From contig CBDCYI010000005.1 of the NCBI GenBank assembly GCA_965224085.1, forward strand, positions 992,001-1,056,000: a stretch of 64,000 nt of DNA. The letters are read 5' to 3'. Below, in pieces: positions 1 to 8,560 of the stretch (its first letter is position 1; every line of letters begins with the position of its first letter). The position numbers and the translations under genes are program-made. The notes beneath the pieces were generated by a model that saw only the letters and a list, made by a program, of their open reading frames with translations, made no database searches and had not been told where the DNA came from. This DNA is from Candidatus Marinacidobacterales bacterium. GTDB taxonomy: Bacteria; Acidobacteriota; Vicinamibacteria; Marinacidobacterales; SMYC01.

Positions 1-14
1 GGGAGGCACTTTCA

Positions 15-1286
15 ATGAAGAGGAAGCCAGTGGTGTATTTCGCTCTGTCGACCATGATCGCACTCGTTGCGAGCACGGCCGCCGCCAGCGACGGCAAATT
101 CGAATGGACGACGGAATCCGCGGAAGCGAAAAAGCTCATCCATGAACTGCAGGGCCGCGTCGAGAATTTTCAGCTCGGAGCGGGCTCGGCAGAGATCGCA
201 CGCAAACTCGTCGCCGCGGATCCCAGTTTCGCCATGGGAGTCTACTACTTGTCGGCCGTCGTTCCTCCGCCGGAAGCGAATGAAGTTCTCGAAAAAGCGG
301 CGAAGCTCGCCGAGAGCGCCTCGGAAGGCGAGCGGCGGTTCATCGACGCGATGGTTCTCGCGCGCGCCCCAGGCGGCTCGGGTTTCGCGGAAGCGCTTCC
401 GAAGCTCGAAGCTCTGGGCACGGACTTCCCGAACGAGCGGCTCGTCCAGATGCTCTTGGGACAGCTTTATCAAGCTACGGGCGACGCCGAGAAAGCGCGC
501 GGCGCGTTCGAGCGCTCGCTCGAGATCGGCCCTTCAAGCAACCGCGCACGTTCGTTCATTGCCAACGACGACCTGCTCAAGGGCAAATACTCGCAGGCGC
601 GCGCGAGCTTCGAAGCCATTGAGAAGCAGCTCCCCAAAGACGCGGCGCCCGCTCCTATCGGCTACGGTCTCGCTTTCAGCTATCTATATGAAGGCAAAGA
701 CGAGGCGGCCCTCGAAGCGCTCGACACCTTCTTGATGCAGTACCGGGCGAGCGGCCGGACGCAGACCTTTCCCGAGGTTTTCATCTGGAACTCCATCGCC
801 CGTATCCACTTGGAGAATGGCCGCGCGGAAGAAGCCATGAAGGCTTATGCCAAAGGCTACGAGAGCGTGCCCGAAAGCGGTATTCCCGAAGATCAGAAGC
901 AAGTGTGGTACGGAAGACTCAAGCACGGACGCGCCCGCACTTTCGCCAAGCTCGGGCGCTTCGACGAAGCCCGCGCGGAGGCGGAAGCCATCCACAAAAT
1001 GATCGAAGACGGCGGCGAGACCGCCCAGCAATATGTGCCCGCCTACCACTACCTCGTCGGCTACTTGGAGCTCGAGGCCGGGAATGACAAAAAGGCCGTG
1101 GAGCATTTGAGGCAATCCAACCCGAACGATCCGTTTCACAAGCTTTTGCTCGCGCGTGCTCTGGATCGGGTCGGTGAACGCGAAAGCGCGCTGAAGGCCT
1201 ATCAGGAGATCGTCGACTCGGGCGCCAATGGGATCGAACGAGCGCTTGCTTATCCGGAAGCGAAGAAGCAACTCAAGAAAGGCTGA
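15..1286 (+). CDS. Secreted tetratricopeptide-repeat protein
   Basis: 423-aa ORF with GGAGG RBS, N-terminal signal peptide (..ASTAAAS) and repeated TPR-like helices (LGQLYQATGDAEKARGAFERSLEI; ARIHLENGRAEEAMKAYAKG). Confidence 0.8.
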   Translation: MKRKPVVYFALSTMIALVASTAAASDGKFEWTTESAEAKKLIHELQGRVENFQLGAGSAEIARKLVAADPSFAMGVYYLSAVVPPPEANEVLEKAAKLAESASEGERRFIDAMVLARAPGGSGFAEALPKLEALGTDFPNERLVQMLLGQLYQATGDAEKARGAFERSLEIGPSSNRARSFIANDDLLKGKYSQARASFEAIEKQLPKDAAPAPIGYGLAFSYLYEGKDEAALEALDTFLMQYRASGRTQTFPEVFIWNSIARIHLENGRAEEAMKAYAKGYESVPESGIPEDQKQVWYGRLKHGRARTFAKLGRFDEARAEAEAIHKMIEDGGETAQQYVPAYHYLVGYLELEAGNDKKAVEHLRQSNPNDPFHKLLLARALDRVGERESALKAYQEIVDSGANGIERALAYPEAKKQLKKG

Positions 1287-1291
1287 AGCTT

Positions 1292-1338
1292 AAGGCCGGA
1301 CAGGGCTCAAGGCCGGACAGGGCTCAAGGCCGGACAGG
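1292..1338. repeat. 17-bp tandem repeat (AAGGCCGGACAGGGCTC, two full copies plus a 13-bp partial)
   Basis: Read directly: units at 1292-1308, 1309-1325 and partial 1326-1338. Confidence 0.9.
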
Positions 1339-1362
1339 CCTCCCTGGCGACGGGGAGGTCTG
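1335..1362. terminator. GC-rich hairpin between convergent genes, possible terminator
   Basis: CAGGCCTCCC-N8-GGGAGGTCTG stem with one G-U pair; no clear U-tract. Confidence 0.4.
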
Positions 1363-1370
1363 CTTCACCG

Positions 1371-2715
1371 CTATTCAGTCTTTAGCGATCGCCTGCGCAT
1401 GTTCTGGACTATCTTCACCGCGGCGATCTCGTAAAAGCCGAGGAGCAGAAAATAGGCCGTCCCCATGAACAAGATCTGATGGGGTGAAGCGTCGAAGGTC
1501 CAGTCCACGCTGACGCCCGTCGACCAGCCAAAAAGCGGCAGCGGTAAAAGTGCACCCGCAAAAGTGATGAAGACGTAGATGGCCGTGCCAACCGCCGCGC
1601 GCGCCAATACCTCCTGGCGAGCATGCTCCTTGGCATTGCTCACGAAGAGCGGGACGAACTTGGTCGCAGTGAGCGTCCAGAAGAAAACGAGCGGCCAGTA
1701 CGTCCCTTGCGAGACCGAGAAAAACTCCGGCGCGCTTGGGCGGCGACATCTTGATCATCGACATAGCCGCCATGAAGGCCGAGGCATGGATCACGATGAA
1801 CTCGATGATCCACAACATGCCGAGCTCAGAAAGGAGCTCCCGGCCGAAGGTGTAAGGCCAGATCCAGAGCGTGAGAAACAAACCGGCGAGCGCGAAGTCG
1901 GAGCTCGCCGCGACCATAGCGCGGATGCCGAAGGCGAGCGAACCGATGAGAAACGGCACCCCGATGAAGATCGCCTGGTTCCGGCGCGATTCTCGGAACC
2001 AGAAATACCACGGCGCGATGATTCCAGCTTCGACGCGCGCCCGATAAAGCACGTTCTCGGACGGGGCAAGAAGCTCCAGCTTCTTGTAACCCGCCATGAG
2101 ATACGGTTTTTCGGACTCGATAAAGAGCTCAGTCTCGCTGTAGCCGAACACCTTACCGTCGACCAAGACCGGAAGGTGCACCGTGACGAGATCGTCGGTC
2201 CAGGAGACGACCTCGAGCTCCATACGTTCGCGACGGTTCGAATAAAGAAGGATGGGCTTGCGATCGAAACGCAGACCCCACTCTCCCGAGAGCTCCAGAT
2301 TCTCGCCGAGCCGCACGGAGGAAGCGCTCAGCGTGTAGTCGAAGCTCGGATTGGGTTGGCGCACCGTAATGCTCTTGAACGGCGAGATGCCTCGCAACTG
2401 CGGGCCGCAGAAAACGCTCAAGTTGTAACCGCCGGGAAAAACGTGCTGGCCGACGCGCACGCGGATCCGGTCCGCGGTCCATTCGAGCACCTCGAGGCGG
2501 CCATATCCCCCGCCCATCGCGCCGCCGCTTGCGAGATCGGGCGCGCGGTCGAGCTGCTCCGGGCCCCAGTTCCCGAAAAGCTCGAACGTCTTTCCGGGGT
2601 TCGTTTCCTCGGTGCTCACCTCGTAATCGAAGCCGACGGGGCAGGGCTCCGGCTGCGCGGGGCTCGGGGGCGCCACGAACAGCAGGAACGCGAACACGAA
2701 GCCAAGGCAACGCAT
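1371..2715 (-). pseudogene. Membrane protein with two Ig-like (IPT/TIG-like) repeats and a multi-TM C-terminus, frameshifted near 1708
   Basis: Start MRCLGFVFAFLLF (signal peptide); repeats FDYEVS..GNWG..LEVLEWTADRIRV and FDYTLS..GEWG..LEVVSWTDDLVTV; hydrophobic frame continues in another frame as GTYWPLVFFWTLTATKF..LKTE*. Confidence 0.65.
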
Positions 2716-2902
2716 AGGGATCGGCAATTGGTTGTACTGGAATGGTCTATCAACTACTGTACAACAATTTTCAAGACGAACCCCGTTGCGAAAGGGTGGG
2801 CATTCGACGCATGAAAAGCGGCGCGCTCTAAGTTCATGAGTGCGCTCGACCGAGCATCGCAAAACTCATGCGCCTCGTCCCGAAACGGGTCGTACGCCGC
2901 TC

Positions 2903-3475
2903 TCAGTCTACGAGACGCACCATCTTGATTACGACGGGAACGGAAGGCACGTGCGGCATACCGTTTCGCTTCGTGGTCTTGACGTTCTCGATGAGCTCGA
3001 CAACATCCATGCCTTCGATGACTTTACCGAAAACCGCATAGCCGAACGAGCGCGAGCTCATGCCTTTGTGATCGAACTCCCGATTGTCCCGTGTATTGAC
3101 GAAGAACTGCGCTGTCGCCGTGTTGATGCCGCGCGTCCGGGCCATCGCGACCGTCCCCTTTTCATTCTTGACACGATTCCTGGCCTCGTTCTTGATGGGC
3201 TCCCTTGCTTTCTTCTGCTGAAGTCCAGGCGAAAAGGCGCCGCCTTGGATCATCGTACCCTTCTTGACGCGATGGAAGATCGTTCCTTCATAGAAGCCGT
3301 CATCGACATATTCGAGGAAGTTCGCGACAGCAATGGGCGAGGAAGAAGGAAAAAGCTCGACCCGGAAGTTGCCAAAGTTCGTCTCGACGACGACGACAGG
3401 GTTATCGTCGGCGGCGACGATCGCGGCAGCGAGCGTCAGAGCGACAAGCCAGAAAGATGTCTTCCGAAGCGACAC
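2903..3475 (-). CDS. ppiA: Periplasmic cyclophilin-type peptidyl-prolyl cis-trans isomerase
   Basis: Signal peptide; motifs FYEGTIFHRV, MIQGG, GTVAMART, ATAQFFVN, GYAVFGKVIEGMDVV. Confidence 0.93.
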   Translation of the reverse strand: MSLRKTSFWLVALTLAAAIVAADDNPVVVVETNFGNFRVELFPSSSPIAVANFLEYVDDGFYEGTIFHRVKKGTMIQGGAFSPGLQQKKAREPIKNEARNRVKNEKGTVAMARTRGINTATAQFFVNTRDNREFDHKGMSSRSFGYAVFGKVIEGMDVVELIENVKTTKRNGMPHVPSVPVVIKMVRLVD

Positions 3476-3532
3476 TTGAACCTCCCGTGGAATCTAGCAG
3501 GCTCCTAGTCTGGTCCGAAACCGGGCTCGGCT

Positions 3533-3895
3533 TCAACTCTCGTCGCTCGCGCCGCTCCGTTCGCCAGCAGGCGGTGTATCTTCGCTCGTCGCGGCGTCTA
3601 TCATCTCGGACAGCTGAGCTATTCGCTCGCTGAGAAGAGATCTCGCGTTTTCGGCAGCGCCGTCCCCGCCGAGGGTGAGCTCCAAATCCACACCCTCCAT
3701 CACCCGACGGTCTTCTTCGAGCTCGACCCGACGTGAGCGATCGTCTCGTCGGCTCGTTTGGTTGGAATCCCACGAATCCCTGAGTGCAGCGCAGACTTCG
3801 GCAATGGCGTCGAGAAGCACAGTCTCCGACAAAGTCAGATCCTTGCGCTCCTCGAGCGTCCAGCCTTCCAGTTCGCTGAGACGTTCCTCGTCCAT
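3533..3895 (-). CDS. Hypothetical acidic protein
   Basis: ATG at 3895 preceded by GAGG; about 120-aa helical, acidic ORF between two genes on the same strand. Confidence 0.55.
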   Translation of the reverse strand: MDEERLSELEGWTLEERKDLTLSETVLLDAIAEVCAALRDSWDSNQTSRRDDRSRRVELEEDRRVMEGVDLELTLGGDGAAENARSLLSERIAQLSEMIDAATSEDTPPAGERSGASDES

Positions 3896-4012
3896 TTGAC
3901 CTCGAAACGTTGGGGGGAAGGAGTAGAGTGTATCTCGAATTGGACGAAATAGAGCAGAGAAAAAAAATATTCCGTCACGCGAAGCCAAAATTGCATTATG
4001 GAAAAGTGGCTG

Positions 4013-4624
4013 TTACCGGCTCGTCGCTCCTCGCAGGCGATTTAGAGCAGTGCCGGCTGCGTCGGGGATGTCCTCGCCCCACGGGTTGTCCGCTGCCTCC
4101 CGGAGGATCGGGAGGAACGCTGCCGCCGAGGCCTTCTCGTCACCCATGGCGCGAAGCGCGGCGACGTTCAGCCAGACTTCGAGATGGGGAAAGATTCTCT
4201 TCTCGGTCGCATCGAAGGCTTTTCGCTGGATCTCCTCGCGGGTCGCGTCGGCGCTGAAACGGCCAAAGAGCACATCGTCGAGCCGGACCTCCGCCTCGCG
4301 CTCGTAGATCACGCGGCGATTGCGTAAGTTCTTCACCGACAAACGTACGTTCACCCCACCAGGATCGTAGTCCCCGCTCGACTTGCCGGTGACCTCACGT
4401 TCCATCTCGAGGTTGAAATCGATGAGAGGCCCGGCCGTGGTCTTTGCCATCTCGTCGAAGTAGGCCTGCCAAAACTCGGAGGCGTTGACGCATCGAGCGA
4501 CGGTCGGCTGATATTCAGGCGGCGATGTGATGGTGCAACGTGGGTCGACTTCGGAGCTGATGCAACCGAAGCCCACAACGAAGAGAGTCGCGGCCAGAAA
4601 CGGCCGACGAGGAAGGAAGGACAT
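4013..4624 (-). CDS. Hypothetical lipoprotein
   Basis: GAGG RBS; signal peptide ending in lipobox-like VVGFGC. Confidence 0.7.
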   Translation of the reverse strand: MSFLPRRPFLAATLFVVGFGCISSEVDPRCTITSPPEYQPTVARCVNASEFWQAYFDEMAKTTAGPLIDFNLEMEREVTGKSSGDYDPGGVNVRLSVKNLRNRRVIYEREAEVRLDDVLFGRFSADATREEIQRKAFDATEKRIFPHLEVWLNVAALRAMGDEKASAAAFLPILREAADNPWGEDIPDAAGTALNRLRGATSR

Positions 4625-4703
4625 AGGCTACCTCGCGAAGTTCTGTTGTAGTGTTATGTTTCGAGCGTAGCATCCGCAGGATGGCGATTCAATCGCTCTT
4701 CAA

Positions 4704-4747
4704 TTGACCGGCGCTTCGAATCTAGCTATAACTTCTACATAAGTAGA
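4704..4747 (+). promoter_or_regulatory. Sigma70-type promoter plus palindromic putative PadR operator
   Basis: TTGACC (4704-4709), 17 nt, TATAAC (4727-4732); then TCTAC-ATAA-GTAGA (4734-4747) abutting the GAGGAG RBS. Confidence 0.65.
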
Positions 4748-4756
4748 GGAGCTACC

Positions 4757-5065
4757 GTGAGGCGATTGGGCCAAGCGCAGATAAGAGTCCTGGAAGCCGT
4801 AGTCGGCGGAACGGGCTACGGTTTCGACATCATGGACACGACCGGACTTCCGAGCGGAAGCGTTTACCCGGCGCTTTCAAAGCTCAAAAAAAGCGGACTT
4901 TTGCGCTCGCGCTGGGAGAACGCTTCGGTGGCCCGTCGGGAAAAACGCCCGCCGCGACGCTATTACGAGATCACACCCTCCGGGCGGACCGCTCTGTCCG
5001 GCGCTCTCGCTCAGGCGCGCGACCTCGCGCGCTCGCTCGCGAAAGCCGTGAAGGCGTCAGGCTAG
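4757..5065 (+). CDS. PadR-family transcriptional regulator
   Basis: YGFDIM..TGLPSGSVYPALSKL..GLLRSRWE..PPRRYYEIT..G winged-helix pattern. Confidence 0.9.
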   Translation: MRRLGQAQIRVLEAVVGGTGYGFDIMDTTGLPSGSVYPALSKLKKSGLLRSRWENASVARREKRPPRRYYEITPSGRTALSGALAQARDLARSLAKAVKASG

Positions 5066-5067
5066 GG

Positions 5068-5693
5068 ATGGCCGGCACTCTCGCGAAACTTAGCCGCCGA
5101 ATCGTGGCGCTCGCCGCGTTTCTGGTGCCGGCGGCGGATCGCGCGCGCTTCGAACAGGAGTGGGAAGCGGAGCTCGCCTACCGCGTCCGGCGCGAGCGGA
5201 CGTTCCTGGCGGCATTGACGCTACTGCGCCGAAGTCTCGGCGCTCTCCCGCATGCGCTTTTCGTTTTAAAGGAGTAGAGATGGTCTCGCAAGATCTGCGC
5301 TACGCCATGCGTACGCTCCTCAACCGGCCTCTATTCGTTGCCGCGGCAGCACTCGCGACGATCGGGATCTACAGCGTCGTCGCCTACAGCGTAAGCCAGC
5401 GCCAGCGAGAGCTCGGCCTTCGCCTCGCGCTCGGCGCTCGCTCGGCCGACATCACCCGCCTCGTCCTCGGAAGCGGATTCCGTATCGCCGCCGCCGGTGC
5501 CCTCGTCGGCCTCGCCGGCGCGGTAATGGCAAGCCGCTACCTGGAAACCGTCCTCTTCGGCATCTCCCCAACTGGCCCCGCGACATTGATAGCCGCAGCC
5601 GCGGTCCTAATGGGAACCATCTTGCTAACATGCTACGTGCCCGCCCGCAAAGCCGGCCGCCTAGACCCAACCCTCACGCTGCGCTGTGAATAG
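5068..5693 (+). pseudogene. Collapsed ADOP/MacB-like ABC permease remnant
   Basis: Leader (RARFEQEWEAEL) ends at TAG 5275; QDLRYAMRTL start from 5280 is fused directly to the C-terminal motifs IGIYSVVAYSVSQRQRELGLRLALGA..YVPARKAGRLDPTLTLRCE; central part absent. Confidence 0.8.
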
Positions 5694-5736
5694 GCGGGGT
5701 CGAATCAAGAGAAAGGGATACGCTTCTAACCACCGG

Positions 5737-7236
5737 TTACGGTTCTGGCACTTTCTCGCTGGCGTTCATTCGCGAGAGAACCTCGGTGGCCGCTTCGCGG
5801 AGTGCGAGCTCGGTCGTGGTGTTCCGGACGCGGTGGAGCGCCTGGCGGGCGCGGTCGTACTCACCGCGCCGGGCCAGAATTTGGCCATATAGATAGAGCA
5901 AAGACGGACTGCCCGGGGTGATGTCGAGTGCGCTCTCGACGAGGTCGGTCGCTTGCTGGAGCCTTTTGCCGCGGACGAGATAGACGAAAGCAAGAAGGCG
6001 GGCGGTCTCGCTTCGCGTCGGCTCGAGTTGCCAGCTGCGGGTGAGCGCACGTTGCGCTTCGTCGGCGAGCGCGCCCGGGATGGACACAACCCCACGACCC
6101 GAGTGGTCCCACAAGAGGGCTCGTGCGTATTGGTATAGACCCGCCGCGCTCGCGCCTTCCGCGTCGACGGCGCGTTTCAGAAACGGGATCGCAGAGTCGG
6201 GGCGCCCTTCTATCAACTGCGCCACACCGAGTGTTTCCCAACCGCGAGCGAGGCCCGGGTCCAGGTGGATCGCTTCTTCGAGACATATGAGCGCTTCTTT
6301 GGACCGCCCGGTGAACAGAAAGAGCTCGCCCCAACGATGCTGAACCTCCGCCATTTTGAGCGTCCGGACCGAGATGTTTTTCTTCCAATCGGCCTCGGGC
6401 ATGGTGTAGCGAGACGTCGTGAACTTGCCGACCTCGACATAAGTCCGCAGCACGTCCTCGATCGTCTCCGAATCCGCGCCGAAGGCCGCGTGAAAAGCCT
6501 CGAGCACTTCGTCACCTCGGGAGAGTGCCCTGAGATAGTGCGCCAGAACACGATGTCCTTCTTTTCCCCGATCGCTGATCAAGTAATGGACGAGCGCCCA
6601 CGACTGCGCATAGAAGAGCGCATTCTCACTCGGGCTCGACGATAGTGGCCGATCCGCGACAGCGGTGAGGAGCTCCTCTAGAGGCAACATTGCGTTGTCG
6701 AAGAGGACCCGTCGATGTCGCAAAACCCCGCCGCCGAGGACGATGCTGTCGCCCGAAAGACGCATGCCCGCATAGAACTCCGCCATACCCTCCTGGAACC
6801 ATAGCGGATAGGTGCGCGTCGTGAGACTGAGTATGAAGTGCACGTATTCGCGAAAGACGACCCGTTCATAGACATCCGGGCCCGCGCTCAGATCGATCGC
6901 GATGATGTTCTTGTATGGGGAGCCGCGAAAATAGCCGGCCGCTTCAGTGACACCGTCCGCGGTGCGGGGCAAGAACGAAGAAAAACTCTCGAAGTCACGA
7001 AACGCATAAATCTGCGTGGCCACATCGCCAACAAGCCTTTGATTCGGCAAGACGTGCCCCAGCGCGCGACGGAACTGCTCCATGCGAGCAAGGACCTCGC
7101 GCGCGCTCTTCGCGTTCGCATTGGAGATGAGATCGAAGTGCGGTGAGTGAGCTTCGCGCCATGTCTCGCGCGCTTGGGCAGACAATGCGCACACAACGAC
7201 GAAAAGTGCGGCAAGAGGCCGCGCGAGATGTCGCAT
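5737..7236 (-). CDS. Secreted DUF1570/gluzincin-like domain plus TPR protein
   Basis: Signal peptide; W..AHSPHFDLISNA, REYVH (HExxH-like), PLWFQEGMAEFY, FYAQSWALVHYL; C-terminal TPRs. Confidence 0.8.
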   Translation of the reverse strand: MRHLARPLAALFVVVCALSAQARETWREAHSPHFDLISNANAKSAREVLARMEQFRRALGHVLPNQRLVGDVATQIYAFRDFESFSSFLPRTADGVTEAAGYFRGSPYKNIIAIDLSAGPDVYERVVFREYVHFILSLTTRTYPLWFQEGMAEFYAGMRLSGDSIVLGGGVLRHRRVLFDNAMLPLEELLTAVADRPLSSSPSENALFYAQSWALVHYLISDRGKEGHRVLAHYLRALSRGDEVLEAFHAAFGADSETIEDVLRTYVEVGKFTTSRYTMPEADWKKNISVRTLKMAEVQHRWGELFLFTGRSKEALICLEEAIHLDPGLARGWETLGVAQLIEGRPDSAIPFLKRAVDAEGASAAGLYQYARALLWDHSGRGVVSIPGALADEAQRALTRSWQLEPTRSETARLLAFVYLVRGKRLQQATDLVESALDITPGSPSLLYLYGQILARRGEYDRARQALHRVRNTTTELALREAATEVLSRMNASEKVPEP

Positions 7237-7315
7237 ACGGTCTGGTTGTTTTAGAGGTTCTGTTATAAACATAGCAAACCCAGAGGAGCTCGGTCATCTG
7301 CTAGGATCTCGAGCG

Positions 7316-8296
7316 ATGCAGTATCGATCACTAGGCCGCACCGGCCTGCAGGTGTCGCGCCTCGGCCTCGGATGCGGGAACTTCGGCGGCATCGGGTCGG
7401 ACTCGCGCTTTTTCGGTGCGGGAGAAAGCGAGCAGGATGCGTTCCGGCTCATGGACCGCGCGCTCGAGCTCGGCATCAATTTCTTCGACACGGCCGACGC
7501 CTATGGCGGCGGTGCAAGCGAGACGTTCATTGGGCGCTGGAGGAAAACAAAGGACGCGAGCGTTTGTGACCAGCTTCTGTTGAGCTCGAAAGTGTTCAAC
7601 CCCGTCGGGGATGGGCCGAATGACCGCGGTTTGTCGCGCCGCCACATTAAGCGCCAGGTCGAAGCGAGCTTGACACGGCTCGGCGCCGAGCGGCTCGACC
7701 TCTATCTCGTGCACGAGCCCGACCCCGAGACACCGCTCGAAGAGACGCTCGACGCGCTCGGCGATCTCGTCCACCAAGGCAAAGTGCACTATATCGGTGC
7801 GAGCAACTTCGAAGCGTGGAGGCTCACTCGGGCGCTATGGCTGAGCGACAAACACGGGCTCCCCCGCTTCGAGTGGATCCAGAACGACTACAGCTTGCTC
7901 TCGCGGCAACAGGAGCTCGAAATGCTTCCGCTATACGCGGACCAAGGGCTCGGGTTCACACCGTTCAGCCCGCTCGCCGGAGGGTGGCTCACGGGAAAGT
8001 ACCGCAATCCCGAAGACTATCCCGAAGGCTCGCGGATGACACTTCGACCGGAGCCCTACGAGCATCTGGTGAACGAGAAGATCTTTTCCTCTCTGCGACG
8101 CTTTCGCAAGACCGCGGAGGATCGCGGAGTGTCGATGGGCTCACTCGCCATGGCTTGGGTGCTCGAAAACCCGCTCACAACGGCCATCATCACCGGCCCA
8201 CGCCGGCCGGAGCATCTCGATATGGCAGAAGCGGCTCTCGAGGTCGAGCTCTCGGAAGACGAGCGCGCCACGCTCACGTCAACGTTCGAGCGCTAG
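7316..8296 (+). CDS. Aldo/keto reductase
   Basis: LGRTGLQVSRLGLG, GINFFDTADAYG, DLYLVH, GKVHYIGASN, PFSPLAGGWLTGKY. Confidence 0.95.
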   Translation: MQYRSLGRTGLQVSRLGLGCGNFGGIGSDSRFFGAGESEQDAFRLMDRALELGINFFDTADAYGGGASETFIGRWRKTKDASVCDQLLLSSKVFNPVGDGPNDRGLSRRHIKRQVEASLTRLGAERLDLYLVHEPDPETPLEETLDALGDLVHQGKVHYIGASNFEAWRLTRALWLSDKHGLPRFEWIQNDYSLLSRQQELEMLPLYADQGLGFTPFSPLAGGWLTGKYRNPEDYPEGSRMTLRPEPYEHLVNEKIFSSLRRFRKTAEDRGVSMGSLAMAWVLENPLTTAIITGPRRPEHLDMAEAALEVELSEDERATLTSTFER

Positions 8297-8340
8297 TGCG
8301 TGGCACGCGGGACAGCTCAACCGGTTCGCCGATGCGGCAG

Positions 8341-8545
8341 TCAGGACAACGCATCGTCGGACGGCTCGGGCCCCAGCTCGATGGACCTTCGACGACCAGA
8401 GGCTAGCCCTTCATACGCCAAGCTTCGTACAAAGCGAAACCTATAATAAGGATACCGATCACGTTCTCGACGCCCCCAAGGAATGGCGTGGCCATCGCCA
8501 CGAGGCCAATGACGGCGACGACGAGCACATAGGTGCCGACCGTCA
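8341..8545 (-). pseudogene. 3' remnant of a membrane protein gene
   Basis: Manual translation VGTYVLVVAVIGLVAMATPFLGGVENVIGILIIGFALYEAWRMKG*PLVVEGP, then frameshift to ELGPEPSDDALS*; no start codon. Confidence 0.5.
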
Positions 8546-8560
8546 GGTCCTAACGGCCCC

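Noticed and set aside
1292-1338. Possible CRISPR array
   Set aside because: Repeats are contiguous with no spacers, and there are no cas genes in the window.
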